In this document: piece by piece, positions 1 through 9,347 of the stretch
Numbering within the stretch: position 1 is the stretch's first letter
Layout: the number at the start of each line of letters is the position of its first letter
Source: Candidatus Micrarchaeota archaeon
GTDB lineage: Archaea; Micrarchaeota; Micrarchaeia; Micrarchaeales; CABMGC01
Direction of reading: 5' to 3'
DNA length: 37,710 bases
Assembly: GCA_021817305.1 (NCBI GenBank)
Contig: JAKAVL010000022.1
Span: 3,365 to 41,074, forward strand
Notes under the pieces: model-generated
What the model was told of the DNA's origin: nothing
The model's database searches: none
What the model saw: only the letters and a program-made list of their open reading frames with translations
Translations under genes and position numbers: made by a program

Positions 1-1930
1 GAGGTATTACGCTACCTAAAGAGAGTCAGAGTTACTCCCGCTCTTTGCTAGGGCTTAGTCCCGTTGAAATGGGGTTTCGCTGACTAGCGGTGAGCAGGCG
101 TCACCCACTATACAAAGCCTTACGGCTGTGCGGTGAGTTGTGTTTTTGATAAACAGTCGCCGTCCCCTTGTTAATGCTATCTGCGCTTACCAAGCGCAGA
201 CATGGCTTGTCGAAAACTTACGCCACTAATTTGCCGATTTCCCTAACCTTGGTTCTCCTGACACGCCTTGGCCTTCTCGGCCAGCAGCACCTGTACTGGT
301 TCTAGGTACGAATTAACACGATCGTTGCGTATTCCCTTTTCACGGGCTCAGGAATTCAGGCATATAGTTCATTCAGCTGCTTCTCCTCACAATGAGACTC
401 CGCAGCCATATGCACTTTGTTTCAGCCCTATCCCCAAGCGTCAGAAATACGCCTTGCGTTGCCGCGCCTACGTGTTAAGCGCATGAATATTAACATGCTT
501 CCCTTTTGCACACGAGTAATTAGCTGTGTGCTTAGGATCGGCTAACTCCCAGCTGACGATCATCGCAAGGAAAACCTTGTGCTTCCGGCGTAATGGATTT
601 TCACCATTATATGCTGTTACTAACACCAGGATTTTCACTGCTGCACGATCCACATGCCTGCACAGGCATGCTTCTAGTCATGCAGCACGCCCCCCTACCC
701 ATCTTTCGATGCCTAGGTCTCGGTACTTAGTTTAGCCCCGTCCATCTTCAGATAGTACGGCCTCAATCGGTACGCTATGACGCGTTTTTTGAAGGATGGC
801 TGCTTCTGAGCCTACCTCCCGACTGTCTAAGACCGTATCGTCTTTAGGTACACTTAACTAAGATTTAGGGACCTTAACCAAGGTCACTGTCGTTCCAGTC
901 TCGTCCGCCTAGCTTACCCAAGCGAACCGACTCCCGGGGTCTACGCAGCACATGCATTCGGAGTTTGAGAGGAAGGCGGGACCTTTCGATCCCAAGACTT
1001 CCAATCGGTCGCTCTACCTCATGTGCGAGCTCGCCCGGGGCTATACTAAATATACTTCGGAGGGGACCCGCTATTGCCATGTTCGAGTGGTCTATCGCCC
1101 CTACCCGCAGCTCACCCAGTCGGATATACCAGAATTGGTTGCGGGCCTCCATCAGCTGTAAAGCTGACTTCGCCCTAGCCGCGCGTAGATCACAATGGCT
1201 TCGGGTCGTATGACGGTGACTTGAGACGTTTTCACGTCCTGCGCCTCGTTGCCTGCGCGCACTCGCTTTCACTTTGCCTTTCGGCTTGCCACACCCATAC
1301 ACTCCCTGGCTCTTGCTTCGAGAAGAAGGACATGACATTGGTCCATGCGTTTTGCTTGATGTTTTCACATCTTCGCTTGGCGCGCTTCATTCCTTTCATG
1401 CCATATCTTCTCGTAACCACCTAGTTTCAGATCATTTCACTCCCACGCGTGTGGGTGCTTTTCAGCTTTCGCTCGCGCTACTTGTTCGCTATCGGTCTCT
1501 AACCAATATTTAGGGTTGGGGTTTAATGCCCCCGCGTTCGCACAGGATAACTAACCTGCGCTACTCTCCATCAGCAGTGGCCGGTCTCTGTACGGCTACG
1601 AGGCTGTCACTCTCTTTGGCCGTTCTTTCCAGAACGTTCGCCTCCAGAAACCGGTCAGGCGCTGAACCACATCTACGGCTGCTTGCGCAACCGCATTCAG
1701 TTTGCCCTGTGCCGCGTTCATTCGCATTATTAACGGCATCGCGTATGCTTTCTTCTCCTGCGGGTACTAAGATCTTTCAGTTCCCCGCGTGCGCATGCGC
1801 CATTATTCATGGCGCAATCGGAAATCCCGGGTTCAACGTTCGACTTGCAACTACCCCGGGCTTATCGCAGCTTGCCACGTCCTTTGACGCTGTTAGAGCC
1901 TAGCCATCCTCTAGGTGGCTTAAAAATTTT
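1..1930 (-). rRNA. rrl: 23S (LSU) rRNA, 5' ~1.9 kb; the gene runs off the window start; the 5' end is approximate
   Basis: No credible ORFs. The reverse complement of ~1809-1920 reads gccacctagaggatggctaggc...gacgtggcaagctgcgataagcccgggg...gaacccgggatttccga, which is the conserved archaeal 23S 5' domain. The reverse complement of 1455-1500 reads gagaccgatagcgaacaagtagcgcgagcgaaagctgaaaagcacc, a universal 23S domain I motif. Confidence 0.85.
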
Positions 1931-2119
1931 AGTGTCTTTCAAGCTTGCTTCTCCTCAAATCAATCGCCTATCGGCGATCTCACGCGGTTATCATGGCGCA
2001 CTGGCTCTGACTGTTGTACTTTGCATCTCATCAAGCAAAAATAGCTCTCAAAACGAAGTTGCCTGTCAGAAGCTAATGGCTGCCACAAAAGCACCAAGCC
2101 TACATATACGCAGAAAAGG

Positions 2120-2128
2120 TTTATATAG
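2120..2128 (-). promoter_or_regulatory. Candidate TATA box for the 23S rRNA transcript
   Basis: The minus strand reads ctatataaa about 190 nt upstream of the inferred mature 23S 5' end. No other gene lies between them. Confidence 0.3.
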
Positions 2129-2289
2129 CTTGCCTGAAGCCGACACGAAATGCCTATTAATAGATTTTCAGAGAAGAGGTCGTGATGCAATGAAAACAGC
2201 AGTCAAGGAACGTTCAGAAAGCATTGGAATGGGCTGGGAGTCTGAGATACTCGCACGAGGGTAAAATCTTATTCTCAGAAGCGACATGT

Positions 2290-3339
2290 TCATCTCAATG
2301 GTTGTTCCAGGAGCCTGAACGTTCTCTTTCTGCAATCAATCTCCGCCTCGATTCCCAGCGGAAGTATGAGCATGGGATCCGTATGACCGAACTCCATGTG
2401 CGCTACGATTGGCAGGTCGTCGCGGCCGTACTCGTCCGATACAACATCGACAAGAATGCGCTCTAAGTCGCACTCCTGTGCCGCGGTGTAATTGTACGGT
2501 ATTGCAACGAGCAATGCACGTATCTCGTCAAGAACCCCCATAAGCCCGTAGTTCCTCAACCAGTCCCTGACAAGGCCAGGCGGCGGATTGTTCTCCGAGG
2601 TCTCAAGGAAGAATATCCTGTCCTTCCAGAATCTGTCCTCGGGCCAGAACCTGCTGCCCTTGAACATCTCGAACATGTCTGCGCATCCGCCGAACAGCCT
2701 TCCCCTTGCGATGCCATCGCCCTGTATCCAGTGCCATCCCGAGTTCTTCTTCGGTGCGTTTACCTTTCCTGTGTTTTTCTTGTAAGTCCATTCAGGATAT
2801 CCGGAGAAATATACGTCGTATGGCCTGTACGCGTACGTCGGCTTGGAATTCGTGAGCATCTCCCTGACATGCACTGAAAACTCGTCAGGCAGGCTTTTCA
2901 TCTGGGAAAAGCCCGTCATCACGGCAGGCCCGTAAAACGTCACGAGGCCTGCCTGATTAAGAAGCGTGATTATTGTTGTGGGATCAGACATGCCCATGAA
3001 TATCTTCGGATTCGACAAGGCGGCATCTACGTCTATGTGCCCCATCACCCTTATGGAATCACCGTCGCCTCCTACGGAGGAGATTATGGCCTTTACCTCC
3101 GGGTCCAGAAAGGCATCATTAACGTCCTTTGCCCTCTTTTCCGGGTGCTTGTGCAGGTATTCCCGGCTCATCCTCGTCGTAGGATACTCCTTAACGTTCA
3201 CTTGCAGAAGCTCCCTGATGTTTTTTATTCCGTTCCTGAATATGTGTGGGTATGCCGCGGCGGCTCCTCCGCAGGCCGAGACTACAGCAACAGTATCCCC
3301 CTCCACAAGTCCTGCAGGCTTTATCACGCGCGCTTCCAT
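2290..3339 (-). CDS. Peptidase S66 family (LD-carboxypeptidase / MccF-like serine peptidase)
   Basis: 349-aa ORF. GDTVAVVS N-terminus, nucleophile loop GMSDPTT, ETSE and MEFGHTDP, consistent with the Ser-Glu-His triad layout of S66 enzymes. Confidence 0.8.
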   Translation of the reverse strand: MEARVIKPAGLVEGDTVAVVSACGGAAAAYPHIFRNGIKNIRELLQVNVKEYPTTRMSREYLHKHPEKRAKDVNDAFLDPEVKAIISSVGGDGDSIRVMGHIDVDAALSNPKIFMGMSDPTTIITLLNQAGLVTFYGPAVMTGFSQMKSLPDEFSVHVREMLTNSKPTYAYRPYDVYFSGYPEWTYKKNTGKVNAPKKNSGWHWIQGDGIARGRLFGGCADMFEMFKGSRFWPEDRFWKDRIFFLETSENNPPPGLVRDWLRNYGLMGVLDEIRALLVAIPYNYTAAQECDLERILVDVVSDEYGRDDLPIVAHMEFGHTDPMLILPLGIEAEIDCRKRTFRLLEQPLR

Positions 3340-3403
3340 ACATTAACCTATCCAAGAGTAATATAATAATATTCTCTGCGAACGTTACTGCAAAGCAATT
3401 CCC

Positions 3404-3477
3404 GCCCCCGTAGTATAGCTCGGACAGAACACGGGCTTCCGGAGCCTGTGACCCGGGTTCAAATCCCGGCGGGGGCG
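3404..3477 (+). tRNA. tRNA-Arg (anticodon CCG)
   Basis: Acceptor GCCCCCG/CGGGGGC, T-arm CCGGG-TTCAAAT-CCCGG, anticodon stem CGGGC/GCCTG with loop TTCCGGA. The D-stem has one mismatch. No encoded CCA. Confidence 0.85.
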
Positions 3478-3486
3478 CTGCTCATA

Positions 3487-3759
3487 CTACCTTAACAGCG
3501 CAGCGAACTCTGCCCTTTTCTTATCGTCAAGCCTGGACAGGTGGCCCCTTGCCTCCGCATATGTCCCCCTTATTGCGATATTGGGATGATTCGACATTGC
3601 CTCTGCGCATCTCCTGTCGAATGAAAGGCTCATGGCGATTTCCGTAGGAATATAATTTAGCAGATCGCCCCTCCCATCCAGCAGGACACCCCTGTAGTAC
3701 TCCACAGCATTTATGGGCTTTATCCCGACTCCATTAGCCTTCGCATTTCTCATTGCCAT
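3487..3759 (-). CDS. Hypothetical protein (90 aa)
   Basis: ORF with a TATA-like cacctatatat about 30 nt upstream on its strand. I recognise no family. Confidence 0.45.
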   Translation of the reverse strand: MAMRNAKANGVGIKPINAVEYYRGVLLDGRGDLLNYIPTEIAMSLSFDRRCAEAMSNHPNIAIRGTYAEARGHLSRLDDKKRAEFAALLR

Positions 3760-3893
3760 TAAACCGTCACTCAGGTATTCCCCACCCCACCTATATATTA
3801 CTTTTCCTACTTACTTTCTTGGCGTAATTATCTCAAAAAACACAAGAACCTATATATGCATTCGCATGGAAATAGCGGGTGTAAGGCGATATA

Positions 3894-4970
3894 ATGTCAA
3901 TGTACACTGATGCTCAAAACCAGTCGGGCCAGTACGATGATGCGCCCGCGCATAGAGTTCAGCAAAACGATCCGCAGAACGACTCACAACATCCACTGCC
4001 TAAGGATGGCGGAGGCAATCCATTCAAATACATAACCGCACTGCTGATAATAGCTGCCGTTGCAGTGGTCGCATACTACGTTGTGTTCAGGAGCGGCGTG
4101 ATAAAGACCAATGCGGGCTACAGCTCGCTGGAAAGTGCAGGAAGCCTTACCGCACTCGGCAACGTCGTTTCATACGGATACAACTCTATTCCGGATCTCA
4201 ACGCGAGCTACAGCGGCATCGCATCGCTGAGCTCCAGCATATTCGGGGTGTCTGTTCCGTTCACCATGACTGTGCAGAAGTATGGAAACAACAGCGCGGA
4301 CCACATATCCATATACCTGAAGAACATCGCCGACATACTCGGTTCCTTAGGGTCCTCCTCATCATCAACCCAATACCTCAACCTCAGCCTGTACTACCTT
4401 AACGGCACTTCTTACATATGCTCCGTTCAGGCTGCAGGCTCGTATTGCGCAAACGAAAGCAGACAGCCAGCGTCTCCAGGCTCAAGTTACTCCTCCATAG
4501 GTGGCCTGTTCTCTCAGCTGCAGAGCAGTCTACAGCTGTCGATACTCAACAAAACCCTCACCGGTGCATCATATAGCGGAAACGCATGCACGTTGTTCTC
4601 TGAGAAGGCGCTTGCCAATGTAAACGCCGGCACAGAGGCCGGAATAATGGGAAGCCTTGCAAGCGCGAATACAGTAAGTTCAAACGCATCAGCGCAGGCA
4701 GTGCCCTCCATACCTACGTTCCCAATATACCTGACGACCTGCCTTTCGAACCAGTATTACGGCATACCCTTCAATATATCCATTGACCTGCCAGAGGTAA
4801 CTATCGATTCCTCTGGATCGTCGCTTCTCAGCAGCAATGTGTCGCTGAGTCTTTCTGTCGCGATGAATGCGCAGTACATGAACACCAATGTTTCGCAGCA
4901 GGAGGTCGACGTGCTTCCGTATCCCATCGTCTCAGTCGCAGCCATCCCTGGCATAGGAAACTATACCTGA
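3894..4970 (+). CDS. Membrane-anchored Ser/Asn-rich putative surface glycoprotein
   Basis: 358-aa ORF. One N-terminal hydrophobic helix (ITALLIIAAVAVVAYYVVF) is followed by a Ser/Asn/Gly-rich domain with 11 N-x-S/T sequons counted by eye. TATA-like cctatatat lies ~40 nt upstream. Confidence 0.65.
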   Translation: MSMYTDAQNQSGQYDDAPAHRVQQNDPQNDSQHPLPKDGGGNPFKYITALLIIAAVAVVAYYVVFRSGVIKTNAGYSSLESAGSLTALGNVVSYGYNSIPDLNASYSGIASLSSSIFGVSVPFTMTVQKYGNNSADHISIYLKNIADILGSLGSSSSSTQYLNLSLYYLNGTSYICSVQAAGSYCANESRQPASPGSSYSSIGGLFSQLQSSLQLSILNKTLTGASYSGNACTLFSEKALANVNAGTEAGIMGSLASANTVSSNASAQAVPSIPTFPIYLTTCLSNQYYGIPFNISIDLPEVTIDSSGSSLLSSNVSLSLSVAMNAQYMNTNVSQQEVDVLPYPIVSVAAIPGIGNYT

Positions 4971-4995
4971 CTTGCACAGGCAAAAACGAGAAAAG

Positions 4996-5070
4996 CGGGC
5001 CCGGTGGGATTTGAACCCACGACTTAAAGGTTAAAAGCCTTCCACTCTAGCCAAGCTGAGTTACGGGCCC
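4996..5070 (-). tRNA. tRNA-Lys (anticodon UUU)
   Basis: The reverse complement folds as GGGCCCG-TA-ACTC...GAGT-G-GAAGG-CTTTTAA-CCTTT-AAGTC-GTGGG-TTCAAAT-CCCAC-CGGGCCC-G. Confidence 0.9.
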
Positions 5071-5104
5071 TCGCAGTATAATGTTCAGAACTCCTATAAA
5101 ACCT

Positions 5105-6106
5105 TTACTTACTCCCCTCCGAAAGAAATCCCTTCATTATCCCATTTATCACGTACTGCCTCGCCTCTTCAATGTTTGCCTTTTTCTTCCCGAAGGCGCC
5201 TGCAGCGCACGGATGACCCCCACCCGTGCCGCGAAGCATACGCCCGGCTTCTCCAAGCATCACTCCCAGGTTAATCGAAAGCTTCTTGTCGAGGGGTGAG
5301 CGCAGCCTTGCGGAGACGCTGGCCTCGCCTTTCCTGACCGACCAGAACACCGCTGCGTCTGCGCCCATGCGCAATGTTGTCTCGGCTGCGGTGTTCGCCT
5401 GGAACTTTGCCTCTCCGCTCACGAGTAGATAATTCCCGTATTGCGCAACGTTAGCGGAGAACATGTCCTTGAGCACCATATCCCTTATCTCCGGCGACTG
5501 CGCCCCGTGGACGTTTTCGACGACCTCGCTGTAAAGCATGCCTGCCGAGTCCAAGAGCTCGGATATCTGCATGAACGTATGTGCACTGGAGTTCTGGAAG
5601 TCGGCAGAATCAGCAACAATTCCGTTTATCAGCATGCATGCGCGGCTCCTGTCTATCCCCGCGCCGCCTGCCTTCAGCACGTCGTAAACTATACTCGACG
5701 CGCTGTTGTAGTCCTCTCTGTTGAACAACGATGCATTCCTGGGTATCCTATCGGGAGGCGAATGATGGTCTATGAAGAGTATCTCACCTTTGAACTGCCT
5801 GAGCCTTCTCTCGAATTTCCCCATCAGCTCCAGCCTGTTGGCATCAAGGATCACGACCGCCTCTACGCCCTCAGGAAACTTCGAGCCTATCCTTGCGTCA
5901 GAGTCCGCCTTCCCTATCATGTGCTTTGCGTTGTTTGTTATGTAGTCGGGAGTCGCGACAACTGAATCGTTCAGCATCGCGGAAAGGCCAAGCGCTGCCG
6001 CAACGCCGTCCCTGTCGCCTATCGTATGGAAGGTAAGCAGGAATTTCCTGCCCTTGTTTCTCTCGAAGAATTCCAAAAGCTCTTCAAACGAGAGAAACCC
6101 TGCCAA
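5105..6106 (-). CDS. DHH-family phosphoesterase (NrnA-like DHH/DHHA1)
   Basis: 333 aa. DHH motif (LFIDHH), DxD-type N-terminal motif (HTIGDRDG), and the DHHA1 GGGH motif (GTGGGHPCAAG). Confidence 0.85.
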   Translation of the reverse strand: MAGFLSFEELLEFFERNKGRKFLLTFHTIGDRDGVAAALGLSAMLNDSVVATPDYITNNAKHMIGKADSDARIGSKFPEGVEAVVILDANRLELMGKFERRLRQFKGEILFIDHHSPPDRIPRNASLFNREDYNSASSIVYDVLKAGGAGIDRSRACMLINGIVADSADFQNSSAHTFMQISELLDSAGMLYSEVVENVHGAQSPEIRDMVLKDMFSANVAQYGNYLLVSGEAKFQANTAAETTLRMGADAAVFWSVRKGEASVSARLRSPLDKKLSINLGVMLGEAGRMLRGTGGGHPCAAGAFGKKKANIEEARQYVINGIMKGFLSEGSK

Positions 6107-6110
6107 GCGC

Positions 6111-6470
6111 TCACGACTGGCCCTGCTTGTACAGCCTTGTAAGCTCCTCGTTCAGCTGGCGTTCTCTTGCCTTTACATCGGTATACTGCTTGTTTATCGA
6201 CTGCAGCCTTGCGGAAGTCAGCTCATGCCTGTCGTTTATGTCAGTCAATGCCTTCTCCTTCGTTGTCTCTACTATTACCCCGCCGACGCTGAAGTATACC
6301 TTGCCGGAAGCCTTCCCAAGCTCTTCCTTCGCGCGCTCCATCTCGAGCTTCTGCGCCTGGAACTGCTCAAGCTGTATTGCAAGGGTGCGCAGCTGCTCCT
6401 GCGTTGTCTGGTAATCCTTCAAAAGCTTCTCCACTTCCTGCTCCGGCTGCGGTGTTGCTGCATGCGCCAT
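6111..6470 (-). CDS. pfdB: Prefoldin beta subunit
   Basis: 119 aa. Coiled coil, beta hairpin (KVYFSVGGVIVETTKEKA), coiled coil, as is typical of archaeal prefoldin beta. Confidence 0.8.
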   Translation of the reverse strand: MAHAATPQPEQEVEKLLKDYQTTQEQLRTLAIQLEQFQAQKLEMERAKEELGKASGKVYFSVGGVIVETTKEKALTDINDRHELTSARLQSINKQYTDVKARERQLNEELTRLYKQGQS

Positions 6471-6523
6471 AGAATCATCAGTTTATTTTAATCGCAAAAT
6501 GCTAATAAGTTACCGATTTGCAG

Positions 6524-6889
6524 TCACAGGAGCTTCAGCGACGAGGTGAAGAAGTTAATCTCGCTGGCTTTCCACGGCCCCACTCCCAGCGCAGTGACTG
6601 TGCCCGGCGGTATCTGCGTAAGCCCAGCGTCTGTCACGAGCGCGCAGGGGAATCCCTTGTACTTGAATGCCTCATGAAGCTTTCTCAGCGCCTTCTCGTC
6701 GTCGACCTTCAGCACTATCTTCTTCTCCCCGGTGTCTAGCCACTCCTTGGCGATCTTCTCGTCTGTCTTCTCAGCCTTGAAATAGCTCATCAGAGATGCA
6801 TGTGCCACCTGCGCCGCAAGCTTTCCTGTCCCGAGGTTAAGGTCTTTCCTTACAATTATGGCCTGCTTTATCTCGTCCATCGGAATCAC
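6524..6889 (-). CDS. pth2: Peptidyl-tRNA hydrolase, archaeal type (Pth2)
   Basis: 121 aa. LGTGKLAAQVAHAS, KIVLKV, VTDAGLTQIPPGTVTALGVGP, and the C-terminal LKLL. Confidence 0.9.
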   Translation of the reverse strand: MIPMDEIKQAIIVRKDLNLGTGKLAAQVAHASLMSYFKAEKTDEKIAKEWLDTGEKKIVLKVDDEKALRKLHEAFKYKGFPCALVTDAGLTQIPPGTVTALGVGPWKASEINFFTSSLKLL

Positions 6890-6901
6890 TTGGTAGCGCA
6901 G

Positions 6902-7393
6902 CTATAAATTACCGCTGTCTTTAGACTGTCGATGCTTCTTGCCATTAAATGCGACAACACAGCTGTAAGACGCTACCGCAACGGTCCCGGCCAGAACCCA
7001 TAGATTCACGCCGCGCGCTCTTCCTAAAAGAGACGAATTGCTGCCCAAAAGAGTGTCGGCCACATTGAAGAGCACTATCATCATAGTCCACCCACTTGCC
7101 TTCAGGCCATTAAGGCCCATAGTGAAGTCTACGGAATTTCTACGCAACGCATTGGAAATGCTCTTTCCCGCGGCGTCGCTGATAACGCCAACCAGGACAG
7201 ACGCGCCCAGAACCTCGGCGTTGTTGATGCCGACGCCCCGCGTACCATGCTCCACAACACCATATGCCACGGAGGCGGCCCCGACAAGCGTGCCCATCGT
7301 CCGCGCCGCAATGTTAATTGTTGCGCCGACATCCTTTCTCACGCTTTCGCGGAGCGCCTTTGCGGCCCATCCGTCCTCCCTGAGCTTCAGCAT
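6902..7393 (-). CDS. Hypothetical membrane protein
   Basis: Hydrophobic ORF. The ORF track extends to 7435, but that start would abut the TATA at 7437-7443, so the ATG at 7393 (MLKLRED...) is preferred. Confidence 0.5.
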   Translation of the reverse strand: MLKLREDGWAAKALRESVRKDVGATINIAARTMGTLVGAASVAYGVVEHGTRGVGINNAEVLGASVLVGVISDAAGKSISNALRRNSVDFTMGLNGLKASGWTMMIVLFNVADTLLGSNSSLLGRARGVNLWVLAGTVAVASYSCVVAFNGKKHRQSKDSGNL

Positions 7394-7457
7394 ACCCTCA
7401 CATACAAAAATGCAACAACATAAATCTATTCCCACCTATATATGCCTGATGGTGTGA

Positions 7458-8630
7458 ATGGGGCTTACGCGCGAGCAGGGCAACGGCCTTGCGCTGAAGA
7501 TGTTCGGCGAGTACTATTCCAAACAGGACTCGTCATCACTGTCACCGGAGAAGGTATCGCAGCGCGAGTTCGGGATAGGCGATTTCGAGCGCAAGATAAA
7601 GTTCAGGCATGCCGAGTTCAAGAACGCAAATGAACTTAAGGATTATCTCGTGAAGCAGACGCCGGCATTCGTTTCATGCTCTACTGCATACTACTCGCAC
7701 CCCAGCTTCCGGCCCATGGAGAACAAAGGATGGCTCGGATCCGAGCTTGTATTCGACATCGATGCTACGGACATGCATCTCGCATGCCAGAAAGAGCACG
7801 GATCATCATGGGTGTGCGACAGCTGCTTCACTAGCGTTAGGGACGAGGCCATAAAACTCATAGAGGAGTTCCTTGTTCCGGACTTCGGGTTCTCGAATCA
7901 TGAGATATCGGTCAACTTCAGCGGCAACCGCGGCTACCATGTCCATGTCAGCAACGAATCAATCCTGAAACTTGACTCCAATGCACGAAAGGAGATAAGC
8001 AGGTACATAACCGGCTCAGGGATAAGCTTCGAGGACTTCTTCATCGTAGAGGAGATAGGCCAGGGCAAGCGGATAAAGCGCCTTGCGGGCCCGAAGCCAA
8101 CCGAGCCGGGCTGGCGCGGCAGGATTGCGAGGAGCGTGATAAAGGACATCAGCATGGGCGCCGATCATCTTATCTCGACGGGCATGGACGCGAAGACAGC
8201 GCGCAACATCTACAAGAAGCGCGCCCTCATCGAGATGGGCATAAACAACGGGAACTGGGACATGGTATACGTCAAGGACAAGGCGCAGTTCTGGTCCGAT
8301 GTCATAAAGAGCCACGCGATAGCACAGTCGGACAGGATCGACGAGAACGTGACGAACGACACCGGGCACATGATACGCCTTGCAAACACCATACACGGCA
8401 GCACCGGCCTTCTGTCGAGGAAAATGGGCGTGCAGAAGTTGCCTTCATTCGAGCCGATGTCGGAGGCCGTTGTACTGCCCGATGCTCCAATCAAGGTCAG
8501 GGCAAACACAAAGGCCGCGCTGCACATGAAAAACGAGACTTTTGGACCATACCCAAATGCGGAAGCAGAGATTCCGGGATATGCGGCAATGTATCTTTTC
8601 CTGAAGGGCTTTGCGGAGATCATGCGATAA
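7458..8630 (+). CDS. priS: DNA primase small (catalytic) subunit PriS
   Basis: 390 aa. Archaeo-eukaryotic primase motifs ELVFDIDATD and SGNRGYHVHV, plus IRLANTIHGSTG. TATA cctatatat lies ~21 nt upstream of the ATG. Confidence 0.9.
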   Translation: MGLTREQGNGLALKMFGEYYSKQDSSSLSPEKVSQREFGIGDFERKIKFRHAEFKNANELKDYLVKQTPAFVSCSTAYYSHPSFRPMENKGWLGSELVFDIDATDMHLACQKEHGSSWVCDSCFTSVRDEAIKLIEEFLVPDFGFSNHEISVNFSGNRGYHVHVSNESILKLDSNARKEISRYITGSGISFEDFFIVEEIGQGKRIKRLAGPKPTEPGWRGRIARSVIKDISMGADHLISTGMDAKTARNIYKKRALIEMGINNGNWDMVYVKDKAQFWSDVIKSHAIAQSDRIDENVTNDTGHMIRLANTIHGSTGLLSRKMGVQKLPSFEPMSEAVVLPDAPIKVRANTKAALHMKNETFGPYPNAEAEIPGYAAMYLFLKGFAEIMR

Positions 8631-8760
8631 GTATATAAATTAATTCAAACATAGTGTAGCCATATTCTTCAGTCCTTTTGAAGGAATTGCAGCTCTGCGT
8701 TGGCAGGCGATTTTGCGTTTGCAAGAATATCTACGTTCAGCATTGCACACCGTGTTTCCA

Positions 8761-9339
8761 ATGGGCGCATACAAGTACATAAAGGAAAGTTTCCAGAAAG
8801 GCTACGCCGAGCGCAGCGACCTTCTGCGCTCAAGGGTATCCGCATGGAGGAAGGAAGGCACCATCGTCAGGCTCAGCGGGCCTACGAATCTAGCACGCGC
8901 GCATGAGCTGGGGTACCGCGCGAAGCCCGGAGTGATAATCGCAAGGGTCAAGACATCAAAGGGAATGTCGAAGCGCGTAAAGCCGCGCGGAGGCAGGAAG
9001 CCCTCCAAGGCCGGAAGGTTCTTCTCATACACCAAATCGCTGCAGTCAGTGGCAGAGGACCGCGCATCGCGCAGGTACATGAATGCAGAGGTGCTCAACT
9101 CATATTACATAGGCGAGGACGGCAAGTACAAGTTCTTCGAGGTCATGCTTCTCGACAGGGCGCATCCGGCAATAGCAAACGACCCGATCTACTCTGGGAT
9201 AGTGCGCTCAAAGGGCAGGTCCTTCAGGGGGCTTACAAGCTCGGGCATAAAGCACCGCGGCATGGGCGGAAAGGGCAAGGGCTTCGCCAACAACAGGCCA
9301 AGCTTCAGGTCAACGCACCGCGGAGTGAAGGTAATATAA
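8761..9339 (+). CDS. rpl15e: Ribosomal protein eL15
   Basis: MGAYKYIKE... N-terminus and the LGYRAKPG, SYYIGEDGKYKFFEV and RGLTSSG motifs. Start set at ATG 8761 rather than the upstream TTG. Confidence 0.9.
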   Translation: MGAYKYIKESFQKGYAERSDLLRSRVSAWRKEGTIVRLSGPTNLARAHELGYRAKPGVIIARVKTSKGMSKRVKPRGGRKPSKAGRFFSYTKSLQSVAEDRASRRYMNAEVLNSYYIGEDGKYKFFEVMLLDRAHPAIANDPIYSGIVRSKGRSFRGLTSSGIKHRGMGGKGKGFANNRPSFRSTHRGVKVI

Positions 9340-9347
9340 GTGATATA

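Noticed and set aside
268-2264. Many 60-164-aa ORFs on both strands (for example 874-1368 and 1809-2264).
   Set aside because: They lie inside the 23S rRNA gene or its leader. Their composition is rRNA-like and they have no protein motifs.
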